A DNA stretch of 64,000 nt from Octopus bimaculoides (taxonomy: Eukaryota), in assembly GCF_001194135.2 (NCBI RefSeq), contig NC_069003.1, positions 10,353,407 through 10,417,406 of the forward strand, read 5' to 3'. Both the position numbers and the translations under genes were made by a program. Positions 48,367 through 59,055 of this stretch are shown one piece after another. The first letter of the stretch is position 1, and each line of letters opens with the position of its first letter. The notes below the pieces were generated by a model. That model did no database searches, was not told the origin of the DNA, and saw only the letters and a list, made by a program, of their open reading frames with translations.

Positions 48367-48546
48367 TATTTATATTACTTCATCCTGTGTCACGAAAGCT
48401 GTCCAGATGACTTCAAGGTATTGATGAATTTCCCAAAGGGTGAGGTATGCTGCATTCCGACAAAGGGCGGACCCGATCCGCCAACATTTTCCGAGGTTGG
48501 CCTGGACAAGTCTGTACGTCTGTTCGTCCACGACAACCAAGCTTAG
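48367..48546 (+). CDS. FAF2: FAF2 exon 14 (UBX C-half, stop TAG)
   Basis: ttcAG acceptor; YLYYFILCHESCPDDFKVLMNFPKGEVCCIPTKGGPDPPTFSEVGLDKSVRLFVHDNQA*. Confidence 0.95.
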   Translation, partial: YLYYFILCHESCPDDFKVLMNFPKGEVCCIPTKGGPDPPTFSEVGLDKSVRLFVHDNQA

Positions 48547-49757
48547 AGAGAGAGAGAGAGGATGACAGAAAGAAAGAAAGGAAAAACAAGGACTAAGACA
48601 AATCAATTATTAAAAAAAAAAAGAAAAACAATTTTAAAAAAGGGAAAAACAAAATTACTAAAAAAAAAAAATAGACAACAAACCAAAAAGAAAAGAAAAC
48701 CCACTCTGAGAAACAAAAAAGTATTGAAGTGGATGAGGTAGAGTGGTGGCGGTGGTGGTAAAGATTGTTGTTATTAGTGTTTAGCCCTAGGTTTAGCAGC
48801 CTGGATTGAGTTGAGCTGATCTAATCAAATGTATTCTAGCCTATGACCATCACCATAGTTTTTGTTTTGGTCATTGTGTATCTAAGACTACAATATCAAA
48901 TGTGCCCTTTATTTTATATTTATTTTTAACACAATTGGGAAGTAGAGTCGGAGGGTGTTGGCTGATATTTTTAGCAATTTGTGCAATCATATAGTGGCTT
49001 TCTCCTCTTGGTGGTGGTGGCCACAGCGCAAGACTGTCTCATTTGTGGACAGTGATACTTGTTTCATACTTCATCAACACCACTACTTACTATTACTACT
49101 ACTACTACTATTACTACTACAACTAGCAACTCAACAACAAAATACCTCTTCTTACTAAGGGAGACTCTACATGGTGTCTTAACCTGCTAGAAATAACAGC
49201 CAAATCTTCAAAATCCATAAAACAGTGCATAGTGTGTGTGCAGCGAGAGCTGTCTACATGTTATTCAGTATATGAAACAAAACTAAAAATTAGGCTGTCT
49301 GACTGGCTGGCCATGGCTGGAATACCTACCATCATAGGTTTACTGAATTGGGGCTTACGTGGGGGCGAAACACTGTTAATAACAACCACTACTATTGTTC
49401 CTGCTGTTTGCGTCACTTTGCTTTATACATTAAAAGCTCTATATCTATCTCTCATTATCTCTATATCTCTCTCATTCTCTCTATCTATATCTCTTTCATT
49501 CTCTTTTGCCAGCAATTTTACTCTCACTCTCCCCTCGTCCTGCAACTTCTAATCTATCTTCTTCTCCACCCTGTCTCTACCACCACCATCCGCATCAACC
49601 CTTCCATCCCTCTTTTTTTCTCACCCACCCAGCCAGCCACTTGACTCATTCCACAGCATGTGCCACTTACACACTCACACACATACGGACGGACAGAAAC
49701 CTATACATATATCCACACTCTCAGCCTAAAAATGATTATATATATATATACATATAT

Positions 49758-49810
<53 letters not shown>

Positions 49811-50041
49811 NNNNNNNNNNCACACACACACACACACAGGGATTCACATAGACATATTTCTAAAAAAAAAACAAACTGTACTTGACAACAAAACCACCAG
49901 TGTAAAAACAATAGCAAAAAAATAACAAAGCAAAAAGAAACATTAATAATAATAATAATTAATTAATTAATAATAATTGACAAGACTTGGATTACATCCA
50001 AAACAGAAAATGAAAAAAAAAATCTGGTCAAAAAATGTATA

Positions 50042-50047
50042 AATAAA
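50042..50047 (+). terminator. Candidate FAF2 polyadenylation signal AATAAA
   Basis: AATAAA 1.5 kb after the stop, followed by T-rich sequence; another AATAAA at 50801-50806. Confidence 0.3.
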
Positions 50048-50089
50048 TAAAAAAAAATTATCTATGGAAGAAGAAACGTTTTTTAGGTT

Positions 50090-50480
50090 TTTATCCCTTA
50101 TGCCATGGATAAAGAGCTTTTATTTTATTTTGATAGTTTTTTTTTTTTTAATTTTAGGTCTATCCCTTACATCCTGGATAAATGAGGTGTATTTTATTGT
50201 TTTTCGATTTTGTTTTTTATAAGGTCTGAATTATATCCCTTGTGTCATGGATAAAGGGATACTATTTTTTTTTATTTTTAGAACTTTAGATTTGTCCCTT
50301 TATCTCATGGATAAATTGGTTTATTTTATTGCTTGTGTTTTTTGTTTTTGTATACTCATATTTATCCTTTATGTTATGGATAAATGGAATTTTTATTTTC
50401 ATTTAGTAATTCTTTTAATGTTGTAGATTAACTGTTTTGTCATGGATATATATATTTTTGCTTTCAATATTTGGATAAAT
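50090..50480 (+). repeat. Degenerate array (about 68-bp period) of TTTATCC-N10-GGATAAA stem-loops
   Basis: Units at 50090, 50159, 50232, 50291, 50361 plus remnants near 50435 and 50473. Confidence 0.85.
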
Positions 50481-51308
50481 TTTAAATTATATTTTCAGGT
50501 TTTCCTTTGTTTTCTATTCATTCACAGCTAGAGCTAATCACCAGACACCCACCCCTATTTCAACTGCTAATTATATATTTATGAATAGAGCAAGCTGTCA
50601 ACCAAACACACTGAATCAAATAGCGTGTGATATAGCCACAGGCAAAGCAAAACAGACATATGAATATAAAATAATGTTTTGTGTGTGTGCATGATATAGC
50701 ATCACATGATTGTGGTTCAGAAGTTTGTCTCACAGTCACAAGACTCTCATTTAGTTACACTATGTGGCACCATAGATACTCTGTTGATCCTAGAATTGTG
50801 AATAAAATTGGGTCAATAGAAACAGTAGAAGCACCTTGGGATGGGCTGTATCCTCAGTTAGAAGGCCCAACTTTGTTGCACACTGTATTTGGATTGTATT
50901 AAGCTTTTTTCTCCCGACACTGCCTCCGGTTCTTCATAATCATAATCATCACCATTTAATGTCTGTTTTCCATGCTGGCATGAGTTGAACGGTCTGACCA
51001 GAGCCAGCGAGCTGGAGAGCTGCACTAGGTTCCAGTCTGATATGGCTTGGTTTCTAAGCCTAGATGCCCTTCCTAATGCCAACCACTTTACAGAGTGAGC
51101 TGGGTGCTTTACTCATGCTACCAGCACAGGCACGTTTACATGATGCCTGTACAAGAGCTATTATGCGATTCTAGCATAGGTGCTCTTTATGTGGCCCCAG
51201 CACAGGGCTCTTGCAGGCTAATCCTCTTCAGCAGGCGAAGCAGCATGAACACTTCTGCTATGGAGGACAGTTTCCATGACACAAAATTCCTATTTTAAAG
51301 ATTATTTA

Positions 51309-51920
51309 AATTAAAATCTTCTGTCAAAACTTGGTGTTAATTTGTGTTCCAAAGCCCAGATTAACCATTTTCATACCAACTCCCCTTGGTTCTCTGAGAT
51401 AAACTTTTTGTTTTTAAAGTGATCTAAAGTAAAACTTTCCTTTCAATTATCATCATGCCCCAGGTGCTATGCAGTGGGACTGAACTCAAAACCATATGTT
51501 TGGGAAGCAAGCTTCATAACCACACAGCCACTAAATTCATTATTTTCAAAATTAATTGAAACAAAAACAGTGTATTTTCAAAAGAACTATGGTAACAAAA
51601 AGGTTAAACTGTGCTCTGAATTAAAATCCTTCACCAAAATTTCATGTTAACTTATGCTCCAAACACTAGCTCAGTAATGACAATTATTTTACTGAATTTT
51701 TCATTATTTTCATAATTAATTAAAACAAAGACTATGTATTTCAACTGGAATATGGTAAAAAGTAGGTTAATGAGATCTGAATTAATAACCTCTCAGCAAA
51801 ATTTCATGTTAATTTCTGTTCCAAATATTAACTTAATTAATGAGTTATTTTACTAAATTCTTTATTTTCAGAATTTATTGAAACAAAAGCAGTTTACTTC
51901 AAGAGAAATATGGTGACATG
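51309..51920 (+). repeat. Tandem array of about 160-bp AT-rich units with piggyBac-like right ends
   Basis: aattaaaatc...aatttcatgttaa...ggtaacaaaaaggttaa three times; first unit interrupted by a SINE fragment. Confidence 0.75.
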
Positions 51921-52019
51921 GTATTTAGAATATACTATATGTCTGTAGAATGCTCAACCGCCCACGTGCTATAAATAGTTTTGTTGATTGTAACAACTGG
52001 AAAATTCATGTTTTTATCT

Positions 52020-52385
52020 TTTTGTTTCAGTCACTGTGGCCAAGCTGGGGCACTGCCTTGAAGAATTTTTAGTTGAATGAATCAACCCTGGTAGTACTTT
52101 TTTAAAGCCTGGTACTTATTCTATTGATCTCTGTTGCCAAACTGCTAGGTTATTGGACGTAAACACCAACACGAGTTGTCAAGTGGTAGTGGTGGTATAC
52201 GCACACACACACACCCACACATATGACAGGCTTCTTTCAATTTCCAACCACCAAATCCACCTGCCAGGCTTTGGTTGACCCATGGCTATAGTAGAAGACA
52301 CTTGCCCAAGGTGCCACACACAATGGAACTCAACCAAGAACCATGTGGTTGGGAAGCAAATTTTTTACCACTCAGCTATGCGTGT
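52020..52385 (-). mobile_element. Family A SINE
   Basis: Full head-to-tail, CpG-decayed. Confidence 0.82.
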
Positions 52386-52439
52386 GCCTATGGTAACAAA
52401 AAGTATTTCAAATATACTAAACATCAGTGCCTTTACCAG

Positions 52440-53032
52440 GGGTGTAGCCAGCCCACTTATGCACACCTTTCCTTCTTTGGACACAAAACCCTGCTTGCGA
52501 AGACCTGTTGAGGCAAGTGAAATCGAAATCGAAAATTGAACCAAATCTGTTGACTGGCACCCATGCCAACCTTCCTTCATTGGACACTAAACTAAGCTTG
52601 CAAAGACCTGTTGGGGCAAGTGAGATCGAAACTGAACCAAATTCGATGACTGGCACCTGTGCCAGTGGAGTGCTAACAGCACCATCCAAGCTGGATCACT
52701 GCCAGAGCAGCAGTCTCGCTTCACCTAACTGGCACTCGTACCGGTGGCATGTGAACAAAACATTGGACTGACTCCTGTGCAGGTGACACGTAAAAAAACA
52801 GCATTTGAGCGTGGCCATTGCCAGTACCGCCGGACTGGCTCTCATGCCTGTGGCACATAAAAGCATGCTCTACACTCTCGGAGTGGTTGGCATTAGGAAG
52901 GGCATCCAGCTGTAGAAACTCTGCCTGATCAGATTGGAGTCTGGTGTAGCCATTGGGTTCGCCAGTCCCCAGTCAAATCATCCAACCCATGCTAGCATGG
53001 AAAACGGACGTTAAATGATGATGATGATGATG
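52440..53032 (+). mobile_element. Long RTE 3' region copy with an internal tandem duplication of about 90 bp
   Basis: Two gacctgttg.ggcaagtga.atcgaaa units, then the standard tail with (GAT)n. Confidence 0.85.
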
Positions 53033-53193
53033 TCAGTGCATAGGTAGTTCTGTTGATTGTAACGACTGGAAAATCCATAAGAATGAAAAAGAAAGAAAGA
53101 GAAGGTGCACATCTTGTATGTTTATAGACAAATGATTGGTAGACAGTAGCAGCAGAATTTTATATCCATTTTTCTGTGTTGATAGGGGCCTAA

Positions 53194-53920
53194 TCCTTTA
53201 GCATTCAGATTACTCTGTCAAATGTAATGCTTATTTATTCACAGTTTTGAATTAATCATGCATTATCTCATAACTTCAAGAGTTTGACGTTGGTGATTGT
53301 TTATTTTTAGAATGACATTGTAGGGTAAGTGTGAGAGGTGAGATGTGGCCGGCTTCACCCTTTAGCATTCAGATCATTCTGTCAAATGAAACACTTACTT
53401 ATTCACATTTTTTATAATTAATTATGCATTATCTTGTTGCTTTGAGATTTCGATGATGTGATTGCTTACTTTCAGAATGACATTGTAAGATAGGTGTGAA
53501 AAGCCTGATCTGGCTACTTTGAGCATAAAACAGGTAAAATATTTAGGCTAGACATGGTCAGTTTGAATGCTAAAACATTGATCTTTAGTTTTTAAGTTAC
53601 TCAGTGAAATGTAATTCTTATTTATTTACATTGTTTTGAATTAATCCTGCATTATCTTGAAGCTTGTGACTATTTCTTTTTAGAATGACATTGTAGGGTA
53701 AGTATGAGAAGTTGGATTTGGCTGGCTTGAACATAAAACAATATTTGGGTTGGATATGGCCAGTTTAAATGCTTATTTATTCACATTGTTTTTTTGTTTT
53801 TTTTAATTAATCATGCATTATCTTCTAGCTTCAAAACTTCAATGATGTGATTGTTTATTTTCAGAATGACATTGTAGGATATGCACGAGAAGCTGAATCT
53901 GTCCAGTTTGAACATAATGC
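53194..53920 (+). repeat. Tandem array of four family E MITE units
   Basis: gaattaatcatgcattatct...agaatgacattgtagg recurs four times. Confidence 0.88.
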
Positions 53921-54159
53921 CTGGAAACAAATATGGACATTTAGAATAAACATATGAAAATGATTTGGACAGGCAAAGTCAAGGGAACTTCCTTCCATGT
54001 GCTAGTAATAGCAACCAAATTACCCTCAAATTGAGGCACTGTTCTGTTTTATGTGTTTATTTAATCCTTTACCTGTTGTGAGTATATCACGTGTGACACA
54101 CATGACTTATTTCCCCGGTGTCCCTGCATCATATCTGATACACATTCTCTTTTTTGATT

Positions 54160-55281
54160 TTCTCAACCACCAGAATATATCTTGGGACATATGGAAGCAA
54201 AGCTTTATATTATGCCTCCATAGCTTAGCAGTCTGACAAAAGACACTGAGAGAATAAGTACCAGACTTCAAAAAAAAGTGTAAGTACTGAGGTCAATTTG
54301 TTCAACTAAAACCATTCCAGGTGGTGCCCCAGCGTAGCAGCAGCTCATTGACTGAAACAAGGAAGAAAAAATGTAAGATAAATTCACGATACTTGCTTAC
54401 CAACCACATGGTTCCGGGTTCAGTCCCACTGCGTGGCACCTTGGGCAAGTATCTTCTACTATAGCCTCAAGCCGACCAAAGCCTTGTGAGTGGATTTGGT
54501 AGACGGAAACTGAAAGAAGCCCGTCGTATATATGTATATTTGTGTGTCTGTGTTTGTCCCCCCAACATCGCTTGACCGATGCTGGTGTGTTTACGTCCCC
54601 GTAACTTAGCAGTTTGGCAAAAGAGACCGATAGAATAAGTACTAGGCTTCCAAAGAATAAGTTCTGGGGGGTCGATTTGCTCGACTAAAGGCGGTGCTTG
54701 AACATGGCCACAGTCAAATGACTGAAACAAGTAAAAGAGTAAAGAGATATGTAAGCCTTTATCTCCAGAATGGGAAATAAACAATAAAATAATGTCAGCA
54801 ATATCAAATGTATAATGTAAAACACATAACCAGGAAATTAGATGTTTCACTGCTACCCACTGACTCAAATTCTCAATTAAATGATCTTTGATAGGCATAG
54901 GCGTGGCTGTTTGGTAAGAAGCTTGCTTCCTAACCACATGGTTTCGGGTTCAGTCCCATTGCATGGCACCTTGAGCAAGTGTCTTCTATTATAGCCTCAG
55001 GCTGACCAAAGCCTTGTGAGTGGATTTGGTAGACAGAAACTGAAAAGAAGCCCGTCATATATGTATGTGTATATTTGTGTGTCAGTGTTTGTCACCCTAT
55101 CATCACTTGACAACTGATGTTGGTGTTTACATCCCTGTAACTTAGCGGTTCGGCAAAAGAGACTGATAGAATAAGTACTAGGCTTATAAAGAATAAGTCC
55201 TTGGATCAAATTCTTCATCTAAAATACTTTAAGACAGTGCTCCAGTATGGCCGCAGTCAAATGACTGAAACAAATAAAAAT
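54160..55281 (+). mobile_element. Three tandem family A SINEs
   Basis: Copies near 54160-54370, 54385-54745 and 54896-55281; A-box TGGCTGTTTGG and B-box GGTTCAGTCC in the last. Confidence 0.85.
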
Positions 55282-55781
55282 ATATGGCCTCACTCTGACA
55301 GATTTGTAGTCGAGGCAGAGGACACCTCCAGCGTTTTTGGCCCCCAGACTACATCCCTGCTCTTTGAAATCAGAGTTGAGATGGTTATCTGCTAGTGCGA
55401 TCCCTGTGAATCAGAGTGGCTGTTCCAGCAAGTTGGCCTCCAAAAGGGCAACTCCTTTACCATTATCCTCGTAAATGTTTAATTAATTTTTATTGTATTT
55501 GTTTATTTGTTATAACGGATGACGTACTTATTAATAAAGTGAGCTTTATCTACAAGAAAAGAATAAAATAACGATAAAACAAAACTTGTTTTAAAATGTC
55601 TGGAAAGGAAACGACAGAATGATGGCGGCTGGAATGCCTTTAATTATAAGCATTAATGACTTGTAGGCACGTGATATTTCGTTATGCAACCATAGTATAC
55701 TATATAAAGTATATTAAATGCTTTTCTAAGTCAACACCACGTTCTACTGCGTTAGCAGTGCTCTTTACATCATTTTGCTAG

Positions 55782-55931
55782 GGTTATTTCTACAGAAATA
55801 TTTGCCAGCACTGATTTTTTTTGCTACACCGTTTCGTATCGAGACTTCAGATGTAAACAAACATATGACGTCGCGATACGACACGTCGTAGCAAAAAGTT
55901 AGTTCTGGCTAATATTTCTGTAGAAATAACC
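55782..55931. repeat. 150-bp fold-back
   Basis: Arms 55782-55854 and 55861-55931, loop AAACAA, about 10 mismatches. Confidence 0.92.
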
Positions 55932-56387
55932 TTGAAATAATTAAATTATAAGGTCTCATTTGGGGACTGTCCAGGGTCGAAACAAACAACTTTCTTTTTT
56001 CTGGCTTTTAATTAGCGTTCAGTATTCCTTGGGTATGAGAATAAGTACTATTAAATAATTCGCTTCAGAAACCTCATGGTTTCTAGTTCAAAATCACACA
56101 GTAGCCTCGAGTTATGTCCCTTGACATATTGCCGAGTTATGCCCCTTCTCGAAAAGAAACTATAAATTAGCCATTTTTATGACTTTGGTTCGATGCTATA
56201 ATTACCAGGTTTGGTGTATTGAACTAAAAACTCTTGAAGACGATAGCCTCTTGTATTATGTGTTTAAGTTGGTTTCCTTGTTTTATTAAATGCTGATGTC
56301 ATTTCTGTTGTATTGTTTTTTATCAAATTATATTGACTGTCTGTGTAATAAACTAAAATCTTTTATTTGTAATTTTTAATATTTCAG

Positions 56388-56416
56388 AAGAGATCATGTT
56401 TGATCAAGAAATTGAG
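56388..56416 (+). CDS. Candidate start exon of an unidentified third gene (MFDQEIE from ATG 56396)
   Basis: T-rich tract + tttcAG, ATG, phase-0 GAG/GTgcgt donor, downstream of a CpG-retaining zone; no homology recognised. Confidence 0.25.
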
Positions 56417-56569
56417 GTGCGTATATACATTTATGAGCGGCTGTTTATATATGCGTGAGTGTGTTATACATAAATGTCTCCCAAAATGTATATCTATGTG
56501 TGTATGTATGTATATATGTGTATATCAGACTCTCTCTCATATATGTGTGTGTGTATATATATATATATA

Positions 56570-56612
<43 letters not shown>

Positions 56613-56615
56613 ATA

Positions 56616-56950
56616 TAGGCGCAGGCGTGGCTGTGAGGTAAGGCATTTGCTTCCCAACCACATGGTTCCGGGTTCAGTCCCACTGTGTGGCACCTTGGGC
56701 AGGTGTTTTCTTCTCTAGCCTTGTGGGTGGATTTAGTTGATGGAAACTGAAAGAAGTCCAATGAGTGTTTGTGCTTGTTGCCCCACCATCGCTTGACAAC
56801 TGATGTCATTGTATTTACATACCCGTAATTTAGTGGTTCAGCAAAAGAGACTGATAGAAGAAGTACTAGGCTTACAAAGAATAAGTCCTGGGGTCAATTC
56901 ATTCGACTAGAGGCAGTGCTCCAGCATGGAAGCAGTAAAAGAATAAAAGA
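56616..56950 (+). mobile_element. Family A SINE, full length
   Basis: ggcgtggctgtgaggta head, GGTTCAGTCC, standard tail. Confidence 0.85.
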
Positions 56951-57938
56951 ATGTGAATATGAGCAAATCTAGAAGTTGATTCATAAATTATCTAATTACA
57001 TTCTATTGAAGATAATGACCAAATTATATAATCCAACTTAGATAAGTGTTCTAGTTCTTGACCTCGTCAGACACACACATACGCATGCATAATACAGGGT
57101 AATTTAAAGTTTAATAATGACCCACTGTTACAGGTGCACCTACCTCGACATGCTGTTCATTTGGTCAGAAGAAAACGTACCTGACTTCACCATGCAGCAA
57201 GGCAAGGACCTGCTACATTAGCATAGACGCATACATGATTACGTCCAACCAGCATCTTCCAGAACACTGTTGTTCTGTTGAGGTGAATGATTTGCCACAT
57301 AGGGTCTGCACCAGGTTCCCTCATCTTACACCTTGCAACTTTTCTCTTTGTGGGTATCTGAAACACAAGGTGTTCATGCCCTCACTTCTACAGAACTTAG
57401 AGTTAAAGTAGCAGATAGGTGAGATAGTTGATTCAGTAGATCAGGCTAAGCTAGCACAGGTGTAGTAATAACTACCCTATCATGTAGACGTCTGCTGTGT
57501 GATTGTCATTGAACATCTGTGACTGTCAGTAAACACTTGAAGAGTCATCCTTTCATGTTACATCTGTATTTTAGCAATATATGCATTACGACACTCGCAT
57601 GTAAGGTTTCTTTTTGTATCATTCATTTTGAATTACCCTGTATATCAGTTTTAACCACTGTTTTTCCAAATTTTCACAGGTCAAACGAGCGCATGCTGGA
57701 ACACAGTTTCAACAACCAGATCTTGTTACATTCTTACGTCTGTTTCAAGCGCAGTAATAATTTCAGTCTATCAAACAACATACATATATATATTGAAAGG
57801 TACAGTATAATATATCCATTATGAAAGATTTTACCAATCAGTTTCGCACTAAGGATTCAATGGAGTGTTAGGTAACAGTCCAGTTATGTAACCCTGTACT
57901 CATCAGAGGTAACCATTATGGAATGAATAAAATACACA

Positions 57939-58130
57939 CACGAGGTGATGCTGAAAAGTTACTTCCTTTGCTTAAAAGAAAATACAGGAGGATCAGTTAA
58001 TTATGATTTTATTTAACATATTCCCCTCTTAGATTCACACACTTATTGCAGCAATCATTCAGTTTTTCCAAGCTCTGCAAAAGAACTCAGAAAGTTGGGC
58101 CTCCAACCAGGCCTTTTGCAATATCACCTC
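57939..58130. mobile_element. Mariner-like terminal fragment
   Basis: cacgagg.gatgctgaaaagtt resembles mariner TIR starts; no transposase ORF recognisable. Confidence 0.4.
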
Positions 58131-58245
58131 CTGGAAGAAGGATTGATCAATATAGGACAAGCCTAGGGTACCAAATATACTGTCACTTGCCCTGGCATCT
58201 GTACTCATGGAAAATAAGCAATTAATTTAATGAACAGTTCTTATT

Positions 58246-58462
58246 TCTTTACTGCCCACAAGGGGCTACACACAGAGGAGACAAGCAAGGACAGACAAAC
58301 GGATTAAGTCGATTATATCTACCCCAATGCGTAACTGGTACTTATTTAATCGATGAAAGGCAAAGTCGACCTCAGCGGAATTTGAACTCTGAACGTAGCA
58401 GCATACGAAATACTGCTAAGCATTTCGCCTGGCATGCTATCGTTTCTGCCAGCTCGCTGCCT
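58246..58462 (-). mobile_element. Family B SINE
   Basis: Matches 2931-3155. Confidence 0.82.
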
Positions 58463-58691
58463 TTTAATTTAATGAACAGTTCTAAAGAAGAAAGATAAGG
58501 TTACAACCCCTAAAATTAAAATTTAATGAAAAATAGTCCCTGTTCTTTGAAAGAAACTTCACCAAGTAGTGCTTCATATACTTGATACTTTGCAGTTATT
58601 TCTAGCATTTTGAGGGGCCACAGTGAAGCTTCACCCTTCACCTATGCAGTGTGTGATTAAAATCTATAGCTGTTGCCTTCATCTTGTTGAG

Positions 58692-59055
58692 CGGCGGCGC
58701 AATGGCCCAGTGGTTAGGGCAGCGGACTTGCGGTTATAGGATCGCGGTTCCGATTCCCAGACCGGGCGTTGTGAGTGTTTATTGAGCGAAAACACCTAAG
58801 CTGCACGAAGCTCCGGCAGGAGATGGTGGCGAACCCTGCTGTACTCTTTCACTCTTACTTCCTGTTTCTGTTGTGCCTGTAATTCAAAGGGTCAGCCTTG
58901 TCGCACTGTGTCACGCTGAATATCCCCGAGAACTACGTTAAGAGTACATGTGTCTGTGGAGTGCTCAGCCACTTGCACGTTAATTTCACAAGCAGGCTGT
59001 TCCGTTGATTGGGTCAACTGGGACCCTCGACGTCGTAAGCGATGGAGTGTCAGCA
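58692..59055 (+). mobile_element. Family C SINE, full length, CpG intact
   Basis: Same as 35437-35800 in opposite orientation. Confidence 0.88.

Noticed and set aside
8025-49925. Long ORF-track entries filled with X
   Set aside because: They are open only because they cross N gaps; flanks are (TA)/(CA) microsatellites.
50090-50480. CRISPR-like repeat-spacer appearance
   Set aside because: Eukaryotic context, no cas genes, repeats degenerate internally, spacers are low-complexity U-rich and mutually similar; kept only as a stem-loop array.
55618-55650. YY1-like GATGGCGGC promoter motif
   Set aside because: Embedded in a dispersed repeat fragment (gctggaa...ttta) also seen near 1321 and 13170.
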